A DNA stretch of 64,000 nt, from NCBI GenBank assembly GCA_049724395.1, contig JAUGWO010000128.1, forward strand, positions 248,001 through 312,000, given 5' to 3'. Below are positions 13,401 to 26,175 of the stretch, one piece after another. The stretch's first letter is position 1; each line of letters opens with the position of its first letter. Origin of the DNA: Spongospora subterranea f. sp. subterranea (taxonomy: Eukaryota). The position numbers were made by a program, and so were the translations under genes. Below the pieces are notes generated by a model. That model saw only the letters and a list, made by a program, of their open reading frames with translations, searched no databases and was not told the DNA's origin.

Positions 13401-16400
13401 TCCGCGTTCACGATGATCAACCTCTTCCCGAACCGGACAGATAACTCCACCACAGAGGAATATCGGGGATCGTTATTATTGAGAACCTCCGATGGGCGAT
13501 TACCGATCACCTTTCGCAGCCATTGTGTTCCTTGACCGGCAGGGTCGATCAGGAATGGGGTCTGGCGCGATCTCAGAATCACAATGGCGTTCTCGATCGA
13601 GAGCTGATCCGAATTCAATCCCATGTCCTTCCACGAAATGATCTCCGATTCCGTCGATAGGAATCGGGAGATATCGAACGACTGGTCAGACGATGGGTGT
13701 TTTGGTATATATTGGGACCATTGGGATAGCGCCGCCCTCCTGGTGTCTTCATGATGTCCTGCCAGATAGCAGATATACCCGCTGGCGATCGCCGCTTTCG
13801 TTGGGAGGATGGCCGACATCGACCCCAATTCATCATGGTCTTTCGCCCATCGCTGCTTCTCATCCTGCAGTTTCGACAGGAGTCCATCGGCCCGTTCCAG
13901 GACCTCCTGAGCCAATTGCAGTTCGTGTCGCAATACAGCAGCGTCGTTGGTCATCTGCGAGAACGATCCCTTCAGTGTTTGGACCTGCCCATCCAGATCC
14001 CCCAGCTCGTGCACACAGCTCTCCAATCGCGATCTGGACCTGGATAGTGCCTGATTGGCGGCCTGTAGATCGGCTTCCAACGGTGCGATCCTCTCGATCA
14101 CCTCCGAATACCGAACTTGTGCTAGGACCCATGCCGCTAATGGTGCAGCTGCTGTGTTCACACGATAGATGGTCTTGTGATCGAAACTAGACTCCTTCCG
14201 TTTGAGCAGACTTTGAACCTTATCCCGAATGGATTTGGTCACGCGATGGGCGTCGAACTGGACGATCTCGTCCTTGAACGTGGTCGACGCCAGCAGCTTC
14301 TTCATCGAGTTCCACGACGTGTCGTCGATACCCATCAGCATCAATACCCCAGACAGAACATCATTGACCGCCTCCGGTGGCATTCTGAGCGCCCTCATCT
14401 CGGCGAGCGCCTCCTTTCTGATTGACCCAACCGCCTCTCTAGATTGGTCCAGGATCGGGATGATCTCTGTCATCTCCAGCTCGACCTGGGATTTTCTGGC
14501 CTTCAGCTTGACCTCGTTGTCGCCTAAACTGATCTGTAATCCCTCAACCCTAATCAACACATCCTCGTCATCGGGTTATTCCCAATCAACCACACACGAC
14601 CAACTCACTCTATCCTTCTCTCGTTCGCCTCCCTCATCGAGTCGGTAATTGATTGGAGCGCGGCATCGGCCTGAACCTGTTTCCCTTGAAGAGCTGTGCT
14701 CTTTATAACCGCTTCCGACGACAGCTTATCGACTAGCGCCTCCGCCTCAGCCAATTTTCCAAGACCCAGCGAGATGAATTTCCGCTTCGACGATATCTTT
14801 TGATATTCCGAATCGTGAACGGATTGATATATCTCTGCCAATGCCATTAGCTTTCTGGGGGGATTGCCCTGATCACCCCAGCCATGGATAAACATTAATT
14901 GATCGATTACAGGATGGCTGGATTGAGAAACTCGATCGTTTGTAGAATCGGCAGCGTCAGGTGCCGATGGCGTTAAAATCGATTTCAAACGGTTATCGAG
15001 AAAATATCGCATATCGTCGACAGCCCAATCCGTTCTCCAAATGATATTGCATTTATGGAATAAGGCGGGATTGGCTGTACATCTGGCGAGGAATTCAGGG
15101 TGATTTGGGTCCATGGACAGGACGATATGGAGGTGTCGTCTGACCCGGCTGACGAACAGATCATAAGGCGGTAGAGCCTGATCGGCCGATAATTCTCGCA
15201 ATGGCGCCAGTAATACGTCCAGCTCGGCCTGGGTAAACAGACCTGGGATTTGGCCCGACGACAGTAAACTGTTGACCGACTCGAGCATTGATGGGTGGAT
15301 CAGGGAATGGTCTTCAAGATATAGCACAACATCCGATCCGCTGACACCCGACCGACGAAGGACGTCCTTGATGTCGACGTCGAACGATTTCGGGGTATAC
15401 GATCGAGAGACGTTGGGCGAGAACATGTACATTCCCCGAATATACGATAATATGGATATGGATGAGCGGCGACCAACACCTGATAAACCGGCCAATAACA
15501 ATGATCCACCAGGGGACGACAATACACGATCGATGTATGATAGCGATAACAACATATCAGGGAACAATATCAGATCGAGAGGGCGATATTCACGCTCATA
15601 GCGACGTAATCCGTCAGCGATCAGGGTCTTGACGTCGGAGACGGAAAGGCGGTGGAGAGATGGGCCAAGGTCATTGGGGATGGTGGCGGCGGCTGATGAT
15701 GATGGTGATGGCGAGCCTAAACTGGTGAAGCAGGTTGAGGCTATATCAGGGTGGGGCTCATGGATCAGGTCAGATATCAGGGAATCGTATCGATGGCGAT
15801 CTGGCTCGTCAACTAGACGATCGCGAAATACCCGCCTGGATTCGTAAAGAAATATGGTGATGAGCGATTCTGATGTCAGGTCATACCTCAATAATCCACG
15901 ACAGAGATTGGTTAAATCACGAGGCGTGAACAGATAGTGACGATGATCATCAACAGAGAACGATTGGCGAAGAGCGAAATAGAGATCAACGAGAATATGA
16001 GATAGTCCAGAAAGCGATTGTGAGTGGGATCTGTTGATAGAATTGATGGCGATTGAGTGATTGATAACTGGTCCCATATAGGTCGAGTAGATGAGATGTA
16101 GATCATCGTTGGCCGGATAATCAACAGCTGCGACGTGGACGATGGACGTGAATCTGATTGGTAATGGATGACGACCAGGGGTTGTCGATGGCGTTATGCT
16201 CCCTGCGATCGACACACCTTCGACTCTGATGAACTCAATATCGCCCTGTTCGGAATAGAATCCGCCTTGGGTCAACATCTGTGTGAGGAATGCGATCAGC
16301 TCGATGGTTCCGTATTTATCAGGTCTAGGGAGATTGATATCCTTTAGGAATAGGAGCAACCGATCACCACGAGCTGGCCGAATGCATCGACCGTTCACCC

Positions 16401-19400
16401 CTTGAACCATTGTGCAAGAGTCACGAAGTTTCTGGATGACGTGAACAGCTCTGGTGTGAGCTGAACAATGGAGAATAACGTATTGGCTGATCGAGTGGGC
16501 TGATAATGCTGATCGGACCAGATAGGTTTTCCCACAGCCTTGGGGTCCAACAACGAGGAACGACTCCCCTTTGGTTATCCAGGGGCTGATCGTCGCCAGG
16601 TTCCGCTGAACGTCGACGGTGCGAATAGAAGGGGGATCCTGGCAAGCGACAGATCCGATATCCAGCTCGATTGAGTCGGCCGCGAATCGTTGCACCGATC
16701 CTTTTTTGGCATCCCAATATAGGTCAAGAGGGGTTAATGGGCTCAGATCAGGGACCTGAGCCCATTTGAATATGTTCCTGGCTAGAGAATGTTGCCCCAT
16801 CCTTACTCATATTGCCGCCTAATCCATGAACCTGGACACACGTCATCGCGTTGAAAACTGAAGGAAAAGGATGATTCAGCACTCATACCAGATTGATGGC
16901 GAATTCGGAGCGGGTCTTGATAGATGATAGATGGGATAGAGCGGTCTTGATCAGACCTGTTAAGGTTTTAGGGACAATCATAGCCGATTTGGGGAGGCCC
17001 TTGACATATTCTATAGCTGGGTATAATATATCATCAACACATTCGGATACGATTGATCGCTCCTGAAACGACCCAAAAACACACACACACGACATCAGTA
17101 AAGGGGAACACATAGCTGATCAGGAGTTCAGCCGAATATCCCTATTAGCTTACCTTTATTGTTGACCGCCACGACGATATGATCGCCTTATACAGGTCAC
17201 TGTCTTCGTTATTCACCAGAACCATTCCCATTCGCGATATGGTCGCTGGCGAGGCATGCTCCAAATCGTCGCTCTCGAATATGAAATTGACAGTATTCCC
17301 GAACTGGATCCGTTCCCCATTCGGCATTGTCAACAGGTGATTGTCGTCCAGTACAGAATTCAGAGATTCGATCCATTCTGGATCAACATCTCCGTCACAA
17401 ATCACCCAATGGTGTTCATCTGGACCCGACTCGATAACCTCTCTCGCCGCTTTCGTTAAAACCCCATCAAACCATTCTCGAGTATCCGGATCCATCCTTC
17501 CTAGTAACCGCCGCCTATCTAACGCTTTGGGATTCAGAATCGAACGGTGAATCGGTTTCCCGATCGACGATAATGCGTTGAACAGAATCTGGAGAAGTGT
17601 TGACTTTCCTGATCCGCTTGGTCCAACAATAACAACCCCGATACGTTGGTTCAACGCCTCATAGACCTGCAATGCCTTACGAACCTGACTAGGAACACGT
17701 TGTAGGCCAAGGCGATCGATCGAGGCGACCAGGGCCTTCTCCAGCTCGATGTACTGGACATCATCAACAGGGGTATTCGGGAACACATCCCCTAATAGCG
17801 ATATGAACCGGACCGAGTCGGTGTAGGTCAGTTTCGATAGAGTGTTGGCTGATAGCGCCTTCACGATAAGACAGGTTTCATCCTGAACCGTCAACGAAGA
17901 CACGCCTTCCCCATTGACAGACCGTTCGTGCCGCCTGTGCTGATCGATTAGCTGACCACCAAGGCGCAAAACTGTTTTGAGGGCTCTGAGGCCCCAATCG
18001 TAGTGTTTCTGTGCAGATAATAACTGTCTTGATAGGTCGTATATAGAGACGAGTTTAGCACCTAAGAGAGCCGCATGAGAGAACCCCTCAGAATATAGGA
18101 TCACTTCGGCGATCAGGTTATTATCAGGAATGGTCATAGCGACAGACCGGAATAGCGCTTTGAGGTTGTCTGGCAGACGAGATCGGCCACCGTATTCTTT
18201 CCCTGCCGGATTCATCGTCACGAATATGCCCGCGTTAGCGTTGACGTCAACGCTGTTGCCCAGCAGCACAACATGATTGTCGTGAGCCTTCAACGCAGCT
18301 TGGATTAGCTGGATCTGTTGGGAGACTGCCGATAATTGATCCTCTTTCAATCTATTGAATTCGTCAAAACACCCCCAGGCACCTGATTTCACCAGACCAG
18401 TGAATATTCTTCCCATTGACTGAAAATCAATCCCTTCATCGCAATTAAAACACCAACACTTGTCGGCCAAGACATTGACCCAGGGCCTTGACCGATTCGG
18501 TTTTCCCAGTTCCAGCTGGGCCATATGGATTTCCTCCATAGCCCAAGTGCATTCCTTGAGTCAATACCAGATAGCACTTATCGGTGAGAGGTGTGTGCAC
18601 AAGTCTCCCAGGATTCCCTTGATATTCATATGAATATTTGAACCTGGCTGAGCACATTCGCCCAACGCAAACCCCATCTTCTACGTAGAATCGTAGCTGC
18701 TTTTGCCATAACCAATGGTTTGAGCTATGGACTCCCCCTTGTTCTAATGTTGATATAATCTCCAAATGATGAACCATATCCATCACGAGGGATTTAACTT
18801 TAAGATCCTCTAAAGCGGACCGATTATCAGAGCCGGTCAGGTTCGACAGCTTCGACTGAATTTTCTGTTTGATCGTATCAAGATGCTGTTGGCGACCGTT
18901 AAGCACCTGTTCGATATCGGCCGAGAAACGAATTTGTTCTGATAACGATAGAATCTGTGATGGATATTGGGTGATTGATGGATCAGGTTGATTGAGACAG
19001 GACAATAGACAAGCTGATAATGTTGTGCACATCTCATTGGCTAATAATGAGAGCCATTCATCAACTTGTTCGGTTAATGGAACCGGTTTTGATAACGGGA
19101 CTTCCTCACCTTCAACGCTCAGTATCGATGTAATTACTGTGCTGTCGTTATTGAACCCAACTGAGTGAATTCCCTGGAACAGCTTGCGTAGATGTGTTTG
19201 AACAACTCGTGGGTTCGATGATTGCCCCAATATCTCCAATAATGCATCGTCGCCGATAAAATAGAATCGCGGAAACAGAGACCTCTTTAACTCAAGGAAG
19301 TCGCTCAAGGCCTTCTGACACCGCTCTAGCTGGTCAAGCATTGAGGTTAATTGTGGTTCAAGACCGGCTATAGTCGACAAGTTCATGACGTTAGGGTTGT

Positions 19401-22400
19401 CACCGATTCCATGCATTATCAAACGGAACTCATCATCGATTTTCCGAAACCGGCCTTGTTCTTTGGGTAAAGCGCCACGACTAAATATTGGTGCCAAATA
19501 AACCCATCGTCGCTGGATCGAGCTCAGTTTCCCCAGACAGTTATCCAGTAGAGCAAGGCGACCTGCAATCTGTGTTGCCAGATCTGAAAATGGGCCGAAA
19601 TAGGGGGAATCACGTAGCGATGCCAATAAAGCTTGTTGATCCCCAACTTTACCCATTATCTCTTTCCACCCTTTGATAAGAGGGACCTCAGATTTGCTTC
19701 GCTCAGATAGCTCAAATACAGTCCTCTCTGACCAAATTCGCATTTCCTCGAATGCTTCACGAAGCATTACTTCACTTTGCGCACGGTTTGATAGATCCCG
19801 AAGCTGATTGGATTTAGAGATAAGCCGATCAGATGCGTTGATAAAATGCCTCAACCTCAACGCCTTGATATTGACTGGTATATCGAGGAGATATAATAAA
19901 TGAGACCAATGCTCTTTCTCGAACATCTCCCCGGTTATCCAACGAATGACCTGGTTGACATTGTCGATTCGTTGAAGATCATCCTTGATCCTTTTGATGA
20001 TGTCATTATCCATCGACAACACCTTAAGATTATGGCGCCATGTAGTGGCAAAATCAATCATATCCGAGCAATGTGTTCGGAATTCAATCCACGTCTCGTT
20101 ATCTGCCATAGCGGCCAACGATGATGAGAAATCCGATATCATTTGCCATGTTCGTTCAAGGGAAGATAGTTCCCCATCGATAGATTTTACGACTGAGTCT
20201 CCAATATCCATTGGCTCAAGGTTAAACGCCTTCCGTTCCTCGAGCAGATCTGTTATATTCTTACAGAAGGTGCCCAGCTCGGCGCGCCACTCGACCAACT
20301 CCGCCTTTACTTTGTCGACGCTTTCCACGACTCCGTTTTTCGGGCATAAAGCTTTCCAACGAGACGCAAACTTGTCGATATCCAATACGATTGATTTAGA
20401 GCGAGCTGATATGGATTCACGACAAACATTAGTTGAATCAGCTAATAGATCAGTATATGCCAATAACTCGATATCTAGAGCCGCCCACTTTTGCCGAATA
20501 TTTACTAAATCAATACGATCTTCGACCTTATATATCAGCTGATTGTAGTCATTGACCTCGTCGATCGTAATCAATCCTGATTTTGTCTCGATCAACCCTG
20601 ACAAAGTTGATTTGGCGATGGCAATTTCCCCAACTGATCGAGGGCGAATGGTGAGGGATGTTGATGCCTCGCTTATGAACCTATATCATGTCTACAGTTC
20701 ATGGAGAGATTTAAAATTTTAAGAAGCGCCATGCGAACCTGTCAATAATTCTATAATTGTTAGTAATTATTGAGCGTACTAGATTGGTTATACAATCTAT
20801 CAGCCGTCTTATCATGTCGTCAAGATTGCTCTTAAATATGATCAATGATATTGTAATTGGTCCAATCTGTATAGAGTCAGGAGATCTCATCATCTCCTCC
20901 CTTCTCTTATCGATATCGGCCAGATTCATGGCAATAGTGGAGGGGTCCGATTCCTGAAGATGTGTCTCGACAATAGAGGAAAACTCTGCAATACCCGGAG
21001 CTGCCCATTCCTGATTGCAACTCAGAATATGTTGGCGGCACCAGTTGCAATCCTCAAACCTGATATTCAAGAATAGTATTCTGGACTTGTGAGCAAATCA
21101 TCTCCGATTCCAGGAATAGACGCAACAGGCTGGAATATGATGATGAAGGTAGCGATCGGAATAATAGAATTGAATCATCACCACTCCCCAGCCCTATTTA
21201 TGAATATTAATGAGATAACCTCATAATTGTTTTCGTATTTCACCAGTAAACCCCATTGGAATTGATACGATCTTATGAATATATCGTATATTGGTCAATC
21301 GTATTTCCTCTAGAGGTGGTCTTAACTGTATAGCCCCATTAGCGAACACCATATCTGCCTTCTGCTCTGGTAGTGATAAACTCTGTAGTGAGCTGTATAC
21401 CATAAGGGTTAAAGGGAACCGTTTTAGAAGGAAAACACACGATTACCTCTTATACGCTATGGACAGGGCCTTGAACAACTGCTGATCCCAATGTCGCCTC
21501 CATAACCTCATGCCGCTAGGGCTGTTCCCCGTCTCTTCAGCCGTCACCATTCCCTGGATCCTGCTCACGATCCCCAGCCAGGGCGCCGTCCCCACCTCTG
21601 TGCACATCCCCATCACCACCTGCCCTCCGATCGCGTTATGAACCCCTCTCAGGCGCCTGTTCTTTGTCGTCAACTGGTCGGCCGCCTTCATTAGCAGACC
21701 AACATAATTCTCAACCTGCTCTGGACTGTCCCAGGTCGCAGATCGACATTGAACTGCTTCCTCAAAAGCGCGAGCCTCGTTCAGCATCATCCCTTTCTGT
21801 GATGGAATTATCTGTGTCGTCATGGTATTATAGAAATTAGCAACTTGTTGAAGCTGAACAGCTTGGCGATAGAACCTATCGCCAATATCGGCTGCTGTTA
21901 TTATCTCACGAGGGATTCTATAGCCTAATTCTGATAGAGCTCTAACCTATTGCATAATGAGTTGTGTTAGATTCGGAGAATGGTTCAGACAGAATTGATA
22001 GACCTCACGAAGAAGAATCACTAATCGCTCATTATAATGAACTCTCATATCCCCATCATGATCTAGATCAAGATCAAGCAATTTACCACTTGTTTGTAGA
22101 GCTAATGACGATGATGGATCATTAAGATCATCACTTATTTTGCTTGTCCACGATTGAAATTCGTCATCCGAAAATTGAGTAATATTGGCGATTACCTCTT
22201 CAGCTTGAGTAATCAATCTGTAATTGGGAAGAGAGAGATGAGACATTGCGATATATTCCTTAACCATTGAAACAGAACCTTTCAACACCACTTGTTCCGT
22301 ACAGTACTCGCCCGACTATTTGGACCATCTGTTTGGTTTTTGCATTAACCTGAATAGCCCATATAATATGATTTACAATTTCACTGATGTTTTTAAATCC

Positions 22401-23786
22401 TATAAAGTTTAAAGGATTATATCCAGCCTCAAATGATGATTTGAGTGCCTGTACTTGGCCCATCATCTTAACCAACAGCATTTCCCGTTCAGCGGCCAAC
22501 TCTTCTGTGGCAATCGGACGAGATAAAAGCTCAGGAAAGCTCTCGAATTCTGCGAGAAGAAGGTTGGGTTGTGACGAGAGAGATGATATTCTGGATCGCA
22601 ATAATGATGCAGAATGGTGTTCGATTGGAGATATGATTCGATCAAATTCAGCTAATGCATTATCCCAATCTGATTCAGATCCCGATGACCAATATAATGC
22701 ACTGGATAATCGAACCGGATCTAATACAGACTCTAAAGAGAATCTTTGTTGATCTGAAACAGGAATTAGTCGCTCCAGTTCGTCGTGAAGTGAACGAACA
22801 TCTCGTATATGTCGCAGTCGCCGTGAAACACAGGTCAACAGATGATCATCAATCTAAACTCCCCCAGACAATAATCAATACTACGACTATATATGAACAG
22901 GATCAAAAATTACCGGATCGCCGATCCACCGATCAATGAAATCCCTTTCATAAAGATCATGGCTAATAACAAGCCATAGATCTACAACACGACAGCATGT
23001 TAACAAAGCCTGTCGTCCGTCTTGCCAACCAATACTCCAAATGTCGATCGTTTTCGATAATGATTTTTGTACAAAGGCGGCGATCTGCTTAGAGATGGAG
23101 AATATGAGATTGGTAATCCGCATTTGGGGATATGAACCACCGTCCTCTCGCCATAATTCACCAATAATATACTGCGATTCCTCTAATACCGACATGATAT
23201 TCTCTTCGCAATCCCAATCAGAATTGACCTTATCGTTTAGGGTCTCCAAATGGGATAGGAATAGATCGGCTCGATTCGATTTCTTGGACTTATTTCTAAT
23301 TCTTCGCCAGAACTGACATTCGTCATCAACCGTCAGAGTATTCCAAATTGCTGTCTCATCGTCATTAGTAGATTTATCGTTGCTGAACCCAATCGGGATA
23401 TGACTCTCAAGGGATTTCGTTAATGAGACGAACGAGGCTTGATCTATTTCTTGAGCTGTTGAGAATATATGACGAAGACTAATAGAAAGCCCTTCAGGTC
23501 CAGATAAGGTCGTCATCAAAATATGACGATGAACATCAACAGCTGGAATATCGAATCCTTCACGTCTTTTAACATATTGGACGATGTCAGCTCCAGGAAT
23601 AAGATCATGTGTTAAACTTGATTGGGTTCTATACAGACGTAGTATATTCACCTGGTAATTATTGATAAAGTCAATGATGGCATTATTGGTTGACTGATTA
23701 TGTGGATCCGGTTGATAATGATCAAGACCTAGAGCAATGCGACCTGAGTTCTGAATATACAAAACTCTTGGGTCGTCTAGAGCCAT
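10435..23786 (-). CDS. DYNC2H1: Cytoplasmic dynein-2 (retrograde IFT) heavy chain; multi-exon, with two unexplained +1 frame breaks
   Basis: Tail, linker, AAA1 P-loop GPAGTGKTESVKALG, WGCFDEFNRL, AAA2 GPSGSGKS, AAA3 GPQGCGKT, AAA4 GLSGVGRRS, stalk and C-terminus are all present. Dynein-2-type signatures include GKEYGGRSRLPDNLK and LKDINLPRPDKYGT. About ten GT-AG introns verified by phase. Confidence 0.93.
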
Positions 23787-24134
23787 TCAGGTGGGAAAAG
23801 TGGTGAGGGGCGCCAGGAAGGGCGATGATGATTGGGAGAGAGATGATCTGGTGACGTTCAACCCTCTCCAGGGATGAATACCTGAACGAACAGAACGGGA
23901 CCTCGAATTCAGTGTGAACTGCTCTGTTCCTGTTGATCTATGACTAATTGCAGATGGGAGAAGAGCAGGGAAGGACTAAGAATGCAAAGGAGGGAGAGGG
24001 GAGGTGAAGGAATTAGGAAGTAATGTAATCGCCAAGTGAGTAACAACATGACCGCGAGTCCCAACATGTTACGTCAATAAAGACCATTCTTATGAGGACA
24101 GACAAGGACTTTAGGAGAGTAGATGGGTCTAACA

Positions 24135-24250
24135 GCCAAGTCAGTAACAGACCATTCGCCAAGTCAGTAACAGACCATTCGCTAAGTCAGTAACAGACCA
24201 TTCGCCAAGTCAGTAACAGACCATTAGCCAAGTTAGTAACAACATGGCCA
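24135..24250. repeat. 23-bp tandem repeat (GCCAAGTCAGTAACAGACCATTC) x about 4.7, upstream of the dynein gene
   Basis: Units start at 24135, 24158, 24181, 24204 and 24227. A related single copy, GCCAAGTGAGTAACAACATG, lies at about 24031. Confidence 0.93.
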
Positions 24251-26175
24251 GAAACCCCAATGCGTTTTTATTATAGGCCATTTTTTGAAACACAAATATG
24301 GAACGGTTCGAGCCAGTGTTCTTCTTCAGTGGTCGGCCCTTTCTTTTCAACGATTGCCCCACTAAGCTGCCCTCAAACGCACAGCCAATGCATGCCAAGG
24401 GTTAGTGCGGTTGAAGATCGAAAGGTTTGAATAATTTCCGACGCGATATGGATGAAAAAGAATAAAAAGATATATTTCAGGCTTCAGGAAACAAACAGAG
24501 CAGAAAATCGGTCATCAGATGTGCCATACGATGAAGTTTCTATTTGCGTCTTGGCGTCTGCGAAATACTTCTAATGGCAATCCTCCCATTAGATGGTATT
24601 CAAAACGATATGCGAAGGTTGTTCTTCAGGAATAAAGGAGAGCGGTAAGCAGGCAAAAAGCGTTTCTGCATTTTGTGAAAACGCCCGACGAAGTCTGGGA
24701 TTCAGGCGCGATTTCAGTTCGATGCGCAGATGAACTGCTGTATGCCAACTGCAGTTTTTACCCGTTGGAAAAGATTTCGACTGAATTTGGAACAACATCC
24801 ATGGAAAGAGCCTCAATGATATTGTCATCGAACATTGCTCTTCCGCGGGAATGACCGATTGCACGTTTAACCATGCTGAAAAACATGTGCCAACGTTTGG
24901 GGTAGCTGTATAACCGCCTTGACCAGAGTCGTGCAAAAGTGCAAGGTTAGGTTTCCGTCTCGATTGAATCTCGAGGTCTGTCTTCTCTGGCAGTCGACGA
25001 ATACCAGGTAGGATGAAGTTTATGAAGTCGGACCAGACCGCTCAGGAAGCTTGGCTTAAAAAATGTTGGCGATTCCGTGAGCTCCATGTTCGGTTGAGAG
25101 GTTTTATGAATCCGGAGCCGCTTTGTTATGGAAAGATCAGCGAGTGTCCTGATGCCCCATTCTCAGTGTGTATAGCGATGATATGTCAAAAGAATTCATC
25201 GAATACGTTGGTGATCGACGTTTTATTTAAAAAACGTTGCTTTTGCGATGGTAGCCGGTGCACTGTTTGCAATCTTGACACAGTAAGACCGTCATCGTTG
25301 CCCAGAGTTTGAATCCCACCTCTCAAACGTTCTGGTTCACCTCAGGATATTCAAGATACCACTACAAAAAGGCAAAAAGCAAATCACGAGAGCAAATTGC
25401 GGAGATGAATATTTGTAATCAGACGTTTCAACAATGGAGGCTAAGATTATGCGATTCTCCTCCCACCGAACGCAATCCAATAATTGTCCACCAGTAGTGA
25501 TCATTGACATTCACTGGTTAATAAAAAATTTTCAGCTAGCATGCGGTGTGATTGATGTTTATTAAACAATCAGCACTTAAGCAGAGTTCAAACCCAGCAA
25601 AACTGGTTTTTCACCAAATATTTCATCCCCGTCAGGCAAACGACCATAGGTTTGGAAAATAGCAACAAACACTTTTCATAGTCTAGCGTCCCATAATTGA
25701 GAAGGAGCCCGCTTCTATGCCCTTTTCGGATTATAGCTAATGTATCGGAGTGGCACCCACAACATCGAGCACAGAATTCAGTAAAAAGTGTATTTAGCGA
25801 TGCGATTTCCTGATGTAAACGATTAGCTCGTGGGATTAACAGAACCATTCGACAGCGTAAACAACATGCCATTTGTCACCAAAACTGATGCAACCCTTTG
25901 GAAAAGGGAACTGGGGGCATCGCCAAGAAAGTGCGTGGCTGGTGTGGCCTCCATGTCCCCATATGTACCGTCACCGTGGCGGTGTATACACACGACTGGG
26001 ATTAGAGCCTGTATGGGGTGTGTGTGTGTGATGATAAGATAATGAGTCCGTCACGGACCTGCAGTTTACAGTTACATTCCACCTCTCTCTCTCTCTCTAT
26101 CCTCTACCGAACATCAATTCTAATCATTTCCTTTAACGACGGTCTCAACAGCAGACGTCATCACAAAAATCAATT

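Noticed and set aside
24135..24250. CRISPR-like array
   Set aside because: The repeats are head-to-tail with no unique spacers, there are no cas genes, and the context is eukaryotic.
24031..24250. RFX X-box upstream of the dynein gene
   Set aside because: Only half-site-like GTAAC words are present, with no full GTTNCCATGGNAAC palindrome.
26017..26100. (GT)n and (CT)n tracts upstream of CCT5
   Set aside because: Short, ordinary microsatellites.
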